This document shows, piece after piece, positions 1 to 10,540 of a stretch of 45,689 nucleotides of DNA. How positions within the stretch are numbered: position 1 is the stretch's first letter; every line of letters starts with the position of its first letter. This DNA is from a virus (Duplodnaviria > Heunggongvirae > Uroviricota > Caudoviricetes), in the IMG/VR virus record IMGVR_UViG_2711768009_000006; one strand, written 5' to 3'. Position numbers and translations under genes: made by a program. Below the pieces are notes generated by a model. The model saw only the letters and a list, made by a program, of their open reading frames with translations. It was not told the origin of the DNA and ran no database searches.

Positions 1-94
1 TTTATGTGAAACCGCCTGCGGGCGGTTTTGTCGTTTATGGAGCGTGAGGAATGGGTAAAGGCAGCAGTAAGGGGCATACCCCGCGCGAAGCGAA
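1..94. repeat. Terminal redundancy copy 1, identical to 45596-45689 (circular contig wrap-around)
   Basis: Direct comparison of the two window ends; the J start codon at 51 recurs at 45646. Confidence 0.97.
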
Positions 95-3000
95 AGATAA
101 CCTGAAATCCACGCAGTTACTGAGTGTGATTGATGCCATCAGCGAAGGGCCGGTTGAAGGTCCGGTGGATGGATTAAAAAGCGTGCTGCTGAACAGTACG
201 CCGGTGCTGGACAGTGAGGGGAATACCAACATCTCCGGCGTCACGGTGGTGTTCCGGGCAGGTGAGCAGGAGCAGACACCGCCGGAAGGTTTTGAATCCT
301 CCGGCTCCGAGACTGTGCTGGGTACGGAAGTGAAATATGACACGCCGATCACCCGCACCATCACGTCGGCAAACATCGACCGTCTGCGCTTTACCTTCGG
401 TGTGCAGGCACTGGTGGAAACCACCTCAAAGGGGGACAGGAATCCATCGGAAGTCCGCCTGCTGGTTCAGATACAGCGTAACGGTGGCTGGGTGACGGAA
501 AAAGACATCACCATTAAGGGCAAAACCACCTCGCAGTATCTGGCCTCGGTGGTGGTGGATAACCTGCCGCCGCGCCCGTTTAATATCCGGATGCGCAGGA
601 TGACGCCAGACAGCACCACAGACCAGCTGCAGAACAAAACGCTCTGGTCGTCATACACCGAAATCATCGATGTGAAACAGTGCTACCCGAACACGGCACT
701 GGTCGGCGTGCAGGTGGACTCGGAGCAGTTCGGCAGTCAGCAGGTGAGCCGTAATTATCATCTTCGCGGGCGCATTCTGCAGGTGCCGTCGAACTATAAC
801 CCGCAGACGCGGCAATACAGCGGTATCTGGGACGGAACGTTTAAGCCGGCATACAGCGACAACATGGCCTGGTGTCTGTGGGATATGCTGACCCACCCGC
901 GCTACGGCATGGGGAAACGTCTTGGTGCGGCGGATGTGGATAAATGGGCGCTGTATGTCATCGGCCAGTACTGCGACCAGTCAGTGCCGGACGGCTTTGG
1001 CGGCACGGAGCCGCGCATCACCTGTAATGCGTACCTGACCACACAGCGCAAGGCGTGGGATGTGCTCAGTGATTTCTGCTCGGCGATGCGCTGTATGCCG
1101 GTATGGAACGGGCAGACGCTGACGTTCGTGCAGGACCGACCATCAGATAAGGTGTGGACCTATAACCGCAGTAATGTGGTGATGCCGGATGATGGCGCGC
1201 CGTTCCGCTACAGCTTCAGCGCCCTGAAGGACCGCCATAATGCCGTTGAGGTGAACTGGATTGACCCGAACAACGGCTGGGAGACGGCGACAGAGCTTGT
1301 TGAAGATACGCAGGCCATTGCCCGTTACGGTCGTAATGTCACGAAGATGGATGCCTTTGGTTGTACCAGTCGGGGGCAGGCACACCGCGCCGGGCTGTGG
1401 CTGATTAAAACGGAACTGCTGGAAACGCAGACCGTGGACTTCAGCGTGGGTGCTGAAGGGCTTCGCCATGTACCGGGCGATGTCATTGAAATCTGCGATG
1501 ATGACTATGCCGGTATCAGCATCGGCGGGCGCGTGCTGGCGGTGAACAGCCAGACCCGGACGCTGACGCTCGACCGTGAAATCACGCTGCTATCCTCCGG
1601 TACCACGCTGATAAGCCTGGTTGACGGAAGTGGCAATCCGGTCAGCGTGGAGGTCCAGTCCGTCACCGACGGCGTGAAGGTAAAAGTGAGCCGTGTTCCT
1701 GACGGTGTTGCAGAATACAGCGTGTGGGGGCTGAAGTTGCCAACGTTGCGCCAGCGCCTGTTCCGCTGTGTGAGTATCCGTGAGAACGATGACGGCACGT
1801 ATGCCATCACCGCCGTGCAGCATGTACCGGAAAAAGAAGCCATCGTGGATAACGGGGCGCACTTTGACGGGGACCAGAGCGGCACGGTGAATGGTGTCAC
1901 TCCGCCAGCGGTGCAGCACCTGACCGCCGAAGTCACCGCAGACAGCGGGGAGTATCAGGTACTGGCCCGCTGGGACACGCCGAAGGTGGTGAAGGGCGTG
2001 AGCTTCCTGCTCCGTCTGACCGTAACAGCGGATGACGGTAGTGAGCGGCTGGTCAGCACGGCCCGGACGACGGAAACCACATACCGCTTCAGGCAGCTGG
2101 CGCTGGGGAACTACAGGCTGACAGTCCGGGCGGTAAATGCCTGGGGGCAGCAGGGTGATCCGGCGTCGGTATCATTCCGGATTGCCGCACCGGCAGCACC
2201 GTCGCGGATTGAGCTGACGCCGGGCTATTTTCAGATAACCGCCACGCCGCATCTTGCGGTTTATGACCCGACGGTACAGTTTGAGTTCTGGTTCTCGGAA
2301 AAACGGATTGCGGATATCAGGCAGGTTGAAACCAGCGCGCGTTATCTTGGTACGGCACTGTACTGGATAGCCGCCAGTATCAATATCAAACCGGGCCATG
2401 ATTATTATTTTTACGTTCGCAGTGTGAACACCGTTGGCAAATCGGCATTCGTGGAGGCTGTCGGTCAGCCGAGTGATGATGCATCAGGCTATCTGGATTT
2501 TTTCAAAGGCGAGATAGGGAAAACCCATCTGGCTCAGGAGCTGTGGACGCAGATTGATAACGGTCAGCTTGCGCCTGACCTGACTGAAATCAGGACGTCC
2601 ATAACGGATGTCAGCAATGAAATAACACAGACCGTCAATAAGAAACTGGAAGACCAGAGTGCAGCGATCCAGCAGATACAGAAGGTTCAGGTTGATACAA
2701 ATAATAACCTGAACAGCATGTGGGCAGTGAAGCTGCAGCAGATGCAGGACGGACGCCTTTATATTGCGGGTATCGGTGCCGGTATTGAGAACACCCCTGA
2801 CGGCATGCAGAGTCAGGTGCTGCTGGCAGCAGACAGGATTGCGATGATTAATCCTGCGAATGGCAACACAAAGCCGATGTTTGTTGGTCAGGGCGATCAG
2901 ATATTCATGAATGAAGTGTTCCTGAAACGCCTGACGGCCCCCACCATTACCAGCGGCGGTAATCCTCCGGCATTTTCCCTGACATCAGACGGGAGGCTGA

Positions 3001-3533
3001 CGGCGAAAAATGCCGATATCAGCGGTAACGTGAATGCGAACTCCGGGACGCTCAACAATGTCACGATTAATGAAAACTGTCAGATTAAGGGGAAACTGTC
3101 AGCCAATCAGATTGAAGGCGATATTGTCAAAACGGTCAGCAAGTCTTTCCCCCGCACGAACAGTTATGCCAGTGGCACCATCACGGTAAGAATCAGTGAT
3201 GATCAGAAATTTGACCGGCAGGTCATGATACCGCCAGTGTTATTCCGCGGTGGTAAGCATGAGAATTTCAACAGTAATAACCAACAGTCATACTGGTATT
3301 CAACCTGCCGGTTAAGAGTGAGCCGCAATGGTCAGGAGATTTTTAATCAGTCCACGACGGATGCTCAGGGCGTATTTTCCTCAGTTATAGATATGCCTGC
3401 CGGACAGGGGACGCTGACACTGACATTCACCGTATCTTCATCAGGAGCGAATAACTGGACACCAACAACCAGTATCAGCGATCTGCTGGTTGTGGTGATG
3501 AAAAAATCCACAGCAGGTATCAGTATCAGCTGA
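51..3533 (+). CDS. J: Tail tip / host-specificity protein J (lambda gpJ family)
   Basis: 1160-aa ORF; N-terminus [24 protein letters not shown] and most of the length match recalled lambda gpJ; lies after I and before lom as in lambda. Confidence 0.95.
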   Translation: MGKGSSKGHTPREAKDNLKSTQLLSVIDAISEGPVEGPVDGLKSVLLNSTPVLDSEGNTNISGVTVVFRAGEQEQTPPEGFESSGSETVLGTEVKYDTPITRTITSANIDRLRFTFGVQALVETTSKGDRNPSEVRLLVQIQRNGGWVTEKDITIKGKTTSQYLASVVVDNLPPRPFNIRMRRMTPDSTTDQLQNKTLWSSYTEIIDVKQCYPNTALVGVQVDSEQFGSQQVSRNYHLRGRILQVPSNYNPQTRQYSGIWDGTFKPAYSDNMAWCLWDMLTHPRYGMGKRLGAADVDKWALYVIGQYCDQSVPDGFGGTEPRITCNAYLTTQRKAWDVLSDFCSAMRCMPVWNGQTLTFVQDRPSDKVWTYNRSNVVMPDDGAPFRYSFSALKDRHNAVEVNWIDPNNGWETATELVEDTQAIARYGRNVTKMDAFGCTSRGQAHRAGLWLIKTELLETQTVDFSVGAEGLRHVPGDVIEICDDDYAGISIGGRVLAVNSQTRTLTLDREITLLSSGTTLISLVDGSGNPVSVEVQSVTDGVKVKVSRVPDGVAEYSVWGLKLPTLRQRLFRCVSIRENDDGTYAITAVQHVPEKEAIVDNGAHFDGDQSGTVNGVTPPAVQHLTAEVTADSGEYQVLARWDTPKVVKGVSFLLRLTVTADDGSERLVSTARTTETTYRFRQLALGNYRLTVRAVNAWGQQGDPASVSFRIAAPAAPSRIELTPGYFQITATPHLAVYDPTVQFEFWFSEKRIADIRQVETSARYLGTALYWIAASINIKPGHDYYFYVRSVNTVGKSAFVEAVGQPSDDASGYLDFFKGEIGKTHLAQELWTQIDNGQLAPDLTEIRTSITDVSNEITQTVNKKLEDQSAAIQQIQKVQVDTNNNLNSMWAVKLQQMQDGRLYIAGIGAGIENTPDGMQSQVLLAADRIAMINPANGNTKPMFVGQGDQIFMNEVFLKRLTAPTITSGGNPPAFSLTSDGRLTAKNADISGNVNANSGTLNNVTINENCQIKGKLSANQIEGDIVKTVSKSFPRTNSYASGTITVRISDDQKFDRQVMIPPVLFRGGKHENFNSNNQQSYWYSTCRLRVSRNGQEIFNQSTTDAQGVFSSVIDMPAGQGTLTLTFTVSSSGANNWTPTTSISDLLVVVMKKSTAGISIS

Positions 3534-3551
3534 ATTTTATAACCCAGAACG

Positions 3552-3575
3552 GGCGTCAGAAATGACGCCTTTTTT
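3552..3575 (+). terminator. Rho-independent terminator-like hairpin after J
   Basis: GGCGTCA-gaaa-TGACGCC stem-loop followed by TTTTTT. Confidence 0.6.
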
Positions 3576-3599
3576 ATTGCAGAAAAGCGAGAGGTAATT

Positions 3600-4199
3600 A
3601 TGCGTAAACTTTATGCCGCCATTTTGTCCGCAGCCATTTGTCTGGCCGTATCCGGTGCGCCTGCATGGGCGTCTGAACATCAGTCCACGCTGAGCGCGGG
3701 GTATCTTCATGCCCGGACGAACGTTCCCGGCAGTGATGATCTGAACGGGATTAACGTGAAATACCGTTATGAGTTTACGGACACACTGGGGATGGTGACG
3801 TCGTTCAGCTATGCAGGAGACAAGAATCGCCAGCTGACCCGTTACAGCGATACCCGCTGGTATGAAGATTCCGTGCGTAACCGCTGGTTCAGCGTGATGG
3901 CGGGGCCGTCTGTGCGCGTGAATGAATGGTTCAGCGCGTATGCGATGGCGGGTGTGGCTTACAGCCGTGTGTCGACTTTTTCCGGGGATTATATCCGCGT
4001 AACTGACAATAAGGGGAAAACGCACGATGTGCTGACCGGAAGTGATGACGGTCGCCACAGCAACACGTCTCTGGCGTGGGGGGCTGGCGTGCAGTTTAAC
4101 CCGACCGAGTCCGTGGCCATTGATGTCGCTTATGAAGGTTCCGGCAGTGGTGACTGGCGCACTGACGGTTTCATCGTGGGTGTCGGTTATAAATTCTGA
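3600..4199 (+). CDS. lom: Outer membrane protein Lom (Ail/OmpX-like)
   Basis: 199-aa ORF with signal peptide; MRKLYAAILSAAICLAVSGAPAWA... near-identical to recalled lambda Lom; SD GAGAGG upstream. Confidence 0.93.
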   Translation: MRKLYAAILSAAICLAVSGAPAWASEHQSTLSAGYLHARTNVPGSDDLNGINVKYRYEFTDTLGMVTSFSYAGDKNRQLTRYSDTRWYEDSVRNRWFSVMAGPSVRVNEWFSAYAMAGVAYSRVSTFSGDYIRVTDNKGKTHDVLTGSDDGRHSNTSLAWGAGVQFNPTESVAIDVAYEGSGSGDWRTDGFIVGVGYKF

Positions 4200-4225
4200 T
4201 TAGCCAGGTAACACAGTATTATGAC

Positions 4226-4252
4226 AGCCCGCCGGTTCAGGCGGGCTTTTTT
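4226..4252 (+). terminator. Rho-independent terminator after lom
   Basis: AGCCCGCC-ggttca-GGCGGGCT stem followed by TTTTTT. Confidence 0.6.
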
Positions 4253-4263
4253 GTGGGGTGAAT

Positions 4264-7227
4264 ATGGCAGTAAAGATTTCAGGTGTACTGAAAGACGGCA
4301 CAGGAAAACCGGTACAGAACTGCACAATCCAGCTGAAAGCAAAACGTAACAGCACCACGGTGGTGGTGAACACGCTGGCCTCAGAAAATCCGGATGAAGC
4401 CGGGCGTTACAGCATGGACGTTGAGTACGGGCAGTACAGCGTTATTCTGTTGGTGGAGGGATTCCCGCCGTCACATGCCGGGACCATCACCGTGTATGAA
4501 GATTCCCGACCCGGTACGCTGAATGATTTTCTCGGTGCCATGACGGAGGATGATGCCCGTCCGGAGGCTCTGCGCCGTTTTGAGCTGATGGTGGAAGAGG
4601 TGGCGCGTAACGCGTCCGCAGTGGCACAGAACACGGCAGCCGCGAAGAAGTCAGCCAGTGATGCCAGAACATCTGCCCGTGAGGCGGCAACCCATGCGAC
4701 TGATGCTGCAGGCTCAGCACGTGCAGCCAGCACGTCAGCCGGACAGGCCGCGACGTCGGCTCAGGAGGCTTTTTCCAGCGCAGGAACGGCATCAGCAAAA
4801 GCCTCTGAGGCATCAAAAAGTGCTGCCGCTGCAGAGTCCTCAAAAAGCGCGGCGGCTACCAGTGCCGGTGCGGCGAAAACGTCAGAAACGAATGCGGCAG
4901 CGTCACAACAATCAGCAGCCACTTCTGCATCCACCGCGACCACGAAAGCGTCAGAAGCAGCCACTTCAGCACGGGATGCGTCGGCTTCAAAAGAGGCGGC
5001 AAAATCATCAGAAACGAACGCAGCCTCGAGCGCCAGCAGCGCAGCTTCTTCGGCAACGGCGGCAGCAAATTCTGCGAAGGCGGCAAAAACGTCCGAGACG
5101 AACGCCAGGTCTTCTGAAACGGCAGCGGGACAGAGCGCCTCAGCTGCGGCAGGCTCAAAAACAGCGGCTGCATTATCTGCCAGTGCCGCGTCAACAAGTG
5201 CCGGGCAGGCCTCAGCCAGTGCCACCGCCGCCGGAAAATCGGCAGAAAGTGCTGCATCGTCTGCTTCAACAGCCACAACGAAGGCTGGCGAAGCCGCTGT
5301 ACAGGCCAGCGCAGCAGCGAGGTCTGCTTCCGCAGCGAAGACATCCGAGACGAACGCGAAAGCGTCGGAAACCAGCGCAGAATCCTCAAAAACGGCTGCC
5401 GCATCGTCCGCCAGTTCGGCGGCGTCATCGGCATCATCTGCGTCTGCTTCAAAAGATGAGGCGACCAGACAGGCGTCAGCAGCAAAGGGCAGCGCCACGA
5501 CGGCATCCACGAAGGCGACAGAGGCAGCTGGCAGTGCGACGGCGGCAGCTCAGAGCAAAAGTACGGCGGAATCCGCGGCAACGCGCGCCGAGACAGCGGC
5601 AAAACGGGCAGAGGATATTGCATCCGCCGTGGCGCTTGAGGATGCGAGCATGACGAAAAAGGGGATAGTACAGCTCAGCAGTGCGACTAACAGCACTTCC
5701 GAGTCACTGGCGGCAACGCCAAAAGCCGTTAAGGCCGCGTATGAGCTGGCTAACGGGAAATACACCGCACAGGATGCAACGACAGCACAGAAAGGGATAG
5801 TTCAGCTTAGCAACGCGACCAACAGCACATCTGAAATGCTGGCGGCAACGCCAAAGTCGGTAAAGGCAGCCTATGACCTTGCTAACGGGAAATATACTGC
5901 TCAGGACGCTACGACAGCACAAAAAGGAATTGTCCAGCTCAGTAGTGCAACCAACAGCGCATCTGAAACGCTTGCCGCGACACCGAAAGCAGTGAAAGCA
6001 GCTAATGATAATGCGAATGGTCGGGTACCTTCTGCCCGTAAGGTGAATGGTAAGGCGCTTTCAGCGGATATAACACTGACGCCGAAAGATATTGGTACGC
6101 TTAACTCAACAACAATGTCATTCAGCGGTGGTGCTGGTTGGTTCAAATTAGCAACGGTAACCATGCCACAGGCGAGTTCTGTTGTTTCAATTACGTTGAT
6201 TGGTGGCGCGGGATTTAACGTGGGGTCACCTCAACAGGCAGGTATATCTGAACTTGTTTTGCGTGCAGGTAATGGTAATCCGAAGGGGATTACTGGTGCT
6301 TTATGGCAGCGCACATCGACAGGGTTTACAAATTTTGCCTGGGTCAATACATCTGGTGATACTTACGATATTTACGTTGCAATCGGAAATTATGCGACTG
6401 GTGTAAATATTCAATGGGATTATACCAGTAATGCCAGCGTGACGATTCATACGTCACCAGCATATTCTGCTAATAAGCCGGAAGGGTTAACGGACGGTAC
6501 AGTTTATTCACTCTATACGCCATCAGAGCAGTTTTATCCGCCTGGCGCACCAATCCCGTGGCCATCAGATACCGTTCCGTCTGGCTATGCCCTGATGCAG
6601 GGGCAGACTTTTGACAAATCTGCATACCCGAAACTTGCAGCCGCTTATCCGTCAGGCGTGATCCCTGATATGCGTGGCTGGACGATTAAGGGCAAACCCG
6701 CCAGTGGTCGTGCCGTATTGTCTCAGGAACAGGACGGCATTAAATCGCACACCCACAGCGCCAGCGCATCCAGTACGGATTTGGGGACGAAAAACACATC
6801 GTCGTTTGATTACGGAACCAAATCCACGAATAACACCGGGGCGCATACCCATAGTATTAGCGGGACTGCAAATAGTGCCGGTGCGCACCAACACAAGAGT
6901 TCCGGTGCATTTGGTGGCACGAATACGAGCATTTTTCCTAATGGTTATACCGCGATTTCAAATCTGAGCGCGGGGATTATGAGCACAACAAGCGGTAGTG
7001 GCCAGACTCGTAATGCAGGGAAGACATCATCAGATGGTGCTCATACCCACTCGCTGTCCGGCACTGCTGCAAGCGCAGGCGCACATGCACATACTGTCGG
7101 TATTGGTGCTCATACGCACTCCGTTGCGATTGGCTCACATGGACACACCATCACCGTTAACGCTGCTGGTAACGCGGAAAACACCGTCAAAAACATCGCA
7201 TTTAACTATATTGTGAGGCTTGCATAA
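4264..7227 (+). CDS. stf: Side tail fiber protein Stf
   Basis: ATG at 4264 gives [26 protein letters not shown]..., matching recalled lambda Stf N-terminus; Ala/Ser/Thr-rich shaft; C-terminal His/Gly-rich region ending [11 protein letters not shown]. An upstream GTG at 4258 is an alternative start. Confidence 0.88.
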   Translation: MAVKISGVLKDGTGKPVQNCTIQLKAKRNSTTVVVNTLASENPDEAGRYSMDVEYGQYSVILLVEGFPPSHAGTITVYEDSRPGTLNDFLGAMTEDDARPEALRRFELMVEEVARNASAVAQNTAAAKKSASDARTSAREAATHATDAAGSARAASTSAGQAATSAQEAFSSAGTASAKASEASKSAAAAESSKSAAATSAGAAKTSETNAAASQQSAATSASTATTKASEAATSARDASASKEAAKSSETNAASSASSAASSATAAANSAKAAKTSETNARSSETAAGQSASAAAGSKTAAALSASAASTSAGQASASATAAGKSAESAASSASTATTKAGEAAVQASAAARSASAAKTSETNAKASETSAESSKTAAASSASSAASSASSASASKDEATRQASAAKGSATTASTKATEAAGSATAAAQSKSTAESAATRAETAAKRAEDIASAVALEDASMTKKGIVQLSSATNSTSESLAATPKAVKAAYELANGKYTAQDATTAQKGIVQLSNATNSTSEMLAATPKSVKAAYDLANGKYTAQDATTAQKGIVQLSSATNSASETLAATPKAVKAANDNANGRVPSARKVNGKALSADITLTPKDIGTLNSTTMSFSGGAGWFKLATVTMPQASSVVSITLIGGAGFNVGSPQQAGISELVLRAGNGNPKGITGALWQRTSTGFTNFAWVNTSGDTYDIYVAIGNYATGVNIQWDYTSNASVTIHTSPAYSANKPEGLTDGTVYSLYTPSEQFYPPGAPIPWPSDTVPSGYALMQGQTFDKSAYPKLAAAYPSGVIPDMRGWTIKGKPASGRAVLSQEQDGIKSHTHSASASSTDLGTKNTSSFDYGTKSTNNTGAHTHSISGTANSAGAHQHKSSGAFGGTNTSIFPNGYTAISNLSAGIMSTTSGSGQTRNAGKTSSDGAHTHSLSGTAASAGAHAHTVGIGAHTHSVAIGSHGHTITVNAAGNAENTVKNIAFNYIVRLA
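5659..6010 (+). repeat. In-frame 132-bp (44-aa) tandem repeats, about 2.7 copies, inside stf
   Basis: Repeated peptide KGIVQLS(S/N)ATNS(T/A)SExLAATPK(A/S)VKAAY(E/D)[15 protein letters not shown] with unit starts at 5659, 5791 and 5923. Confidence 0.8.
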
Positions 7228-7802
7228 TGGCATTCAGAATGAGTGAACAACCACGGACCATAAAAATTTATAATCTGCTGGCCGGAACTAATGAATTTAT
7301 TGGTGAAGGTGATGCATATATTCCGCCTCATACAGGTCTGCCAGCAAACAGTACCGACATTGCACCGCCAGATATTCCAGCTGGCTTCGTGGCTGTTTTC
7401 AACAGTGATGAGTCATCGTGGCATCTCGTTGAAGATCATCGGGGTAAAACGGTTTATGACGTGGCATCAGGGGACGCGTTATTTATTTCTGAACTCGGTC
7501 CGTTACCGGAAAATGTTACTTGGTTGTCGCCGGAAGGGGAATATCAGAAGTGGAACGGTACAGCTTGGGTGAAAGATGCAGAAGCAGAAAAACTATTCCG
7601 GATCCGGGAGGCGGAAGAAACAAAAAACAGCCTGATGCAGGTAGCCAGTGAGCATATTGCGCCGCTTCAGGATGCTGCAGATCTGGAAATCGCAACGGAG
7701 GAAGAAACCTCGTTGCTGGAAGCCTGGAAAAAGTATCGGGTGTTGCTGAACCGTGTTGATACATCACTATCTCCAGATATCGAGTGGCCAAGTCAACCAT
7801 AA
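7227..7802 (+). CDS. tfa: Tail fiber assembly protein Tfa
   Basis: 191-aa [27 protein letters not shown]... matching recalled lambda Tfa; start overlaps the stf stop. Confidence 0.92.
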   Translation: MAFRMSEQPRTIKIYNLLAGTNEFIGEGDAYIPPHTGLPANSTDIAPPDIPAGFVAVFNSDESSWHLVEDHRGKTVYDVASGDALFISELGPLPENVTWLSPEGEYQKWNGTAWVKDAEAEKLFRIREAEETKNSLMQVASEHIAPLQDAADLEIATEEETSLLEAWKKYRVLLNRVDTSLSPDIEWPSQP

Positions 7803-7810
7803 ATCAATAT

Positions 7811-7827
7811 CCCCTGCAATGCAGGGG
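7811..7827. terminator. Hairpin between convergent tfa and sopB (possible bidirectional terminator)
   Basis: CCCCTGC-aat-GCAGGGG perfect stem-loop in the 32-bp gap between two convergent stop codons. Confidence 0.5.
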
Positions 7828-7834
7828 ATAGTTC

Positions 7835-8800
7835 TTAATTATCAGTAGATTGTTCCTCTAGTAACAACTCAATTCTGCTTAGTATTTCTTTAGATATTTT
7901 GCGGCTATCAATTTTTATAGTTACAAAATTACCTTTATATCTGGCCGTGATCCCTTCCCCATATTTTTTCTCGTCTTTTGTTTTTTCCTCGCCGCCAACC
8001 AGAACAGAGTCAGATAATATTTGTATAATCCGTGAAGCTTCTAAATCCTCGCCGTTTTTTTTAATTGCCAGAAGATGATGAGCAGCATTGCTCATGGCAG
8101 CCATGTTTTTTTTGTAAACCTTAAACAAAGAATCTCCAGCACGAGCTGACAGTTCTCCTGGATGATTGAAGATAGCTAATATATCTTTTGGTAGACCAGC
8201 TGTATTAATACAGCGAGTGATAATATTTCTATCTATATTTTCAGCCTCGGCTAATGCTTTAACGTTACCATCAAAGTCATTTAGCTTGCGTAAGTATCTC
8301 TTTCCTCTTTCGTATGCACTAATAGGCCTATAATCGTTACCAATTTGGGATAACCAATGCATCTGTTCATCGTCGAGATCAGCAATTAAGACGCGATAGT
8401 CACATCCTGTTAATATCGCTGCTTTTCTTCTACGTGAGCCGTCAGCGACTTCAACGATTCCAGATACTTTTCTGGCGAAAGCTGGATTTTGTTGTCCAGA
8501 CGTTAGAAAAGATGGGATTAAATCGGCTAGAGAGGATTCATTTAATAAATCTTGATCGCGTTCATTACCTAGCCATACCATTGTTGCCATTTCAACTTTA
8601 TCTGCGGGAATTGTCTCTAACTTAAAGTTAACATTACGTCCGCATACTGGCAAAGTTATGCTGTTACCGGTTAATGAACTCAGTTGACGTTTTAAATCAC
8701 CAACCATAGGTGATACGGGCTGATGTTCAGGGGCATGATGATTATTACTCATAATGCGATTAATATCTGGAGCATTTTTTAGAAGAGAGCGCTGTTTCAT
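7835..8800 (-). CDS. sopB: ParB-family partition protein SopB
   Basis: 321-aa ORF immediately downstream of and overlapping the ParA gene; size and sequence character resemble F/N15 SopB. Confidence 0.85.
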   Translation of the reverse strand: MKQRSLLKNAPDINRIMSNNHHAPEHQPVSPMVGDLKRQLSSLTGNSITLPVCGRNVNFKLETIPADKVEMATMVWLGNERDQDLLNESSLADLIPSFLTSGQQNPAFARKVSGIVEVADGSRRRKAAILTGCDYRVLIADLDDEQMHWLSQIGNDYRPISAYERGKRYLRKLNDFDGNVKALAEAENIDRNIITRCINTAGLPKDILAIFNHPGELSARAGDSLFKVYKKNMAAMSNAAHHLLAIKKNGEDLEASRIIQILSDSVLVGGEEKTKDEKKYGEGITARYKGNFVTIKIDSRKISKEILSRIELLLEEQSTDN

Positions 8801-9966
8801 TATTCGTTCTCCCAGCGAGGTTTTATTAGATCATCAAAAATTTCTCGGCAAACAGGGTCCCATATAGAAACAGCATTTCTCCATGCATTCAATGTTGAAC
8901 GTTGGTTTGCTGCTTGTTCAAATACTGTTCTCATTTTTATCTGGCCTTTACCTACTTCATCGGTAACGCGTACAACCTGACGTAATACCATTGATCCCCA
9001 TGTATTTCTTATTTGTTCTTCCATCCATCGTGATTGATTCCCTGTAGTGATACTATATTTAGTCAGAAGTAAGCGAACGGTTGGCTCAAATCCACCTAGG
9101 TCAACGCTTTCCAATAGATCGAGAAGCATTGTGAAAAACTGTAGAACAGAAGCGTAATCAAATAATTCTGCAGGTGTAGCAACAACAATAACGTCAGCGG
9201 CACAAACAACGTTAATGGTTCCTGTACCGAGGTTCGGAGCACTATCTATAACGATAACATCGTAGTTATCCCAAACTGATTCAATAGCTGCGCGCAGCAT
9301 AAGGTGTGGAGGATGAGGCAATTTACCCTGAGCATGATATTGCATGAGATCTGTTTCTATACGATGTAAAGCTAGGCAGCTAGGGATAATGTCTAGCCCA
9401 GGCCAACATGTTGGCTTTATAGCATATTCAGCGTTATCGCGTTCTCCTAAGTAAAATGGCAGTAAAGTATCCTCGGCATGGATATGTAAATCAGGAACAT
9501 AACCGTGATACATAGAGGCCGTGCCTTGAGGATCGTTACCTTCAACCAAAAGAACACGATGACCTTGTAATGCTAACCATTGAGCTTGATGTACCGCAGA
9601 CGATGTTTTATAAACGCCGCCTTTGTGTGACATAACGGCAAGCACAACAGGGTTTTTATCTTGTGGTCGTTGGTTTGGGTTGCCAAAAACTGCTCGCATA
9701 CTGTTGATTTGATCTATGGTATAACCAGCACGACGTTCAATTCTTCCTCTCATTTCAAAGTCAGGTGCAGGTAAACGCCCGCTCTTCTCAGCATCTCTAA
9801 TTGCTTGAGGAGTTACACCAATTAAATCTGCTACTTCAGTTATACCCCATCGGCGGGTGATACGCCGAGCTTCAGGACTATCATCACCGAATTGAGCGAT
9901 AGCAATTGCTTGGGTCATTTCTTGACCTCTCGTAACACAATCTTGCAATAACTTTTTCAAAGACAT
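8800..9966 (-). CDS. sopA: ParA-family partition ATPase SopA
   Basis: 388-aa ORF; deviant Walker A KGGVYKT; long stretches recalled as near-identical to F-plasmid SopA (e.g. AHKGGVYKT, LVEGNDPQGTASMYHG, KPTCWPGLDIIPSCLALHRIE). Confidence 0.9.
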   Translation of the reverse strand: MSLKKLLQDCVTRGQEMTQAIAIAQFGDDSPEARRITRRWGITEVADLIGVTPQAIRDAEKSGRLPAPDFEMRGRIERRAGYTIDQINSMRAVFGNPNQRPQDKNPVVLAVMSHKGGVYKTSSAVHQAQWLALQGHRVLLVEGNDPQGTASMYHGYVPDLHIHAEDTLLPFYLGERDNAEYAIKPTCWPGLDIIPSCLALHRIETDLMQYHAQGKLPHPPHLMLRAAIESVWDNYDVIVIDSAPNLGTGTINVVCAADVIVVATPAELFDYASVLQFFTMLLDLLESVDLGGFEPTVRLLLTKYSITTGNQSRWMEEQIRNTWGSMVLRQVVRVTDEVGKGQIKMRTVFEQAANQRSTLNAWRNAVSIWDPVCREIFDDLIKPRWENE

Positions 9967-9984
9967 ACTGTCATCTCCAGCTTG

Positions 9985-10068
9985 TAACTTTGCTTAATAA
10001 TTAAATCTTTGCTTATTTCTAGCAAATTTGCATGAAAAAGGCAAAGCAAAACAAAAAACGCAAAGGCG
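9985..10068 (-). promoter_or_regulatory. Putative sopAB promoter/operator with CTTTGC/GCAAAG repeats
   Basis: CTTTGC at 9988-9993 and 10007-10012; GCAAAG at 10041-10046 and 10060-10065, directly upstream of the sopA start. F SopA autoregulates through CTTTGC operator repeats (established knowledge). Confidence 0.5.
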
Positions 10069-10313
10069 AATATTTGAGCTAAATCATCTTTTGTTCCCCT
10101 CCAGAAATGCATAAAACGAACAACAATATAATCATAACTAATTGATATTTATTACCTTTTCTAAGAAAGGAAATCATATAAAACTAGAGAAACATGATAA
10201 GAATCATCAATGAGATACGTTTTCTATATTAGTTATCCTAACCTTACCAACATAAGAACACAAACAGAGAACATAAAAACAAAGTAATAATACAAACACA
10301 ATAAAGAACATAA

Positions 10314-10337
10314 NNNNNNNNNNNNNNNNNNNNNNNN
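10314..10337. other. Assembly gap or masked bases (24 N)
   Basis: Run of 24 n characters immediately left of the telO palindrome. Confidence 0.99.
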
Positions 10338-10361
10338 CCCATTATACGCGCGTATAATGGG
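10338..10361. other. telO-type telomere resolution palindrome (protelomerase target)
   Basis: Perfect 24-bp palindrome CCCATTATACGCGCGTATAATGGG, which contains the recalled N15 telO core CCATTATACGCGCGTATAATGG; about 180 bp upstream of telN. The expected left flanking arm is replaced by the N run. Confidence 0.75.
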
Positions 10362-10540
10362 GAATTATGTGCTGATTTTTAGAACAAAGTCAAGGAACAA
10401 ATTTTAACGTTCCGACATTGTGTTTTTGTTTATTATCCGTTATTATGTTCTGTTAGTTTGTGGCTAAGTTAACGCGTTATTAGTTATCTTATTCTCAAAT
10501 TGTGTTACGATAATCAGAGCTGATAATCAGGAGAGGAAAG

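Noticed and set aside
9-28. Hairpin AAACCGCC-tgcg-GGCGGTTT between I and J as a terminator
   Set aside because: I and J are adjacent genes of one late operon and J starts 23 bp downstream; more likely a structural or attenuating hairpin than a functional terminator.
4658-5653. 331-aa Arg/Gln-rich plus-strand ORF and overlapping Ala-rich minus-strand ORFs (4761..5510, 4856..5623) inside stf
   Set aside because: Alternative-frame artefacts of the GC-rich low-complexity Ala/Ser/Thr-encoding repeats; they lie wholly inside a gene with strong lambda homology and have no start context of their own.
5659-6010. Tandem repeats considered as a CRISPR array or mobile element
   Set aside because: The repeats are 132 bp, in-frame and translated as part of Stf, with no spacers. 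No CRISPR array was found anywhere in the window.
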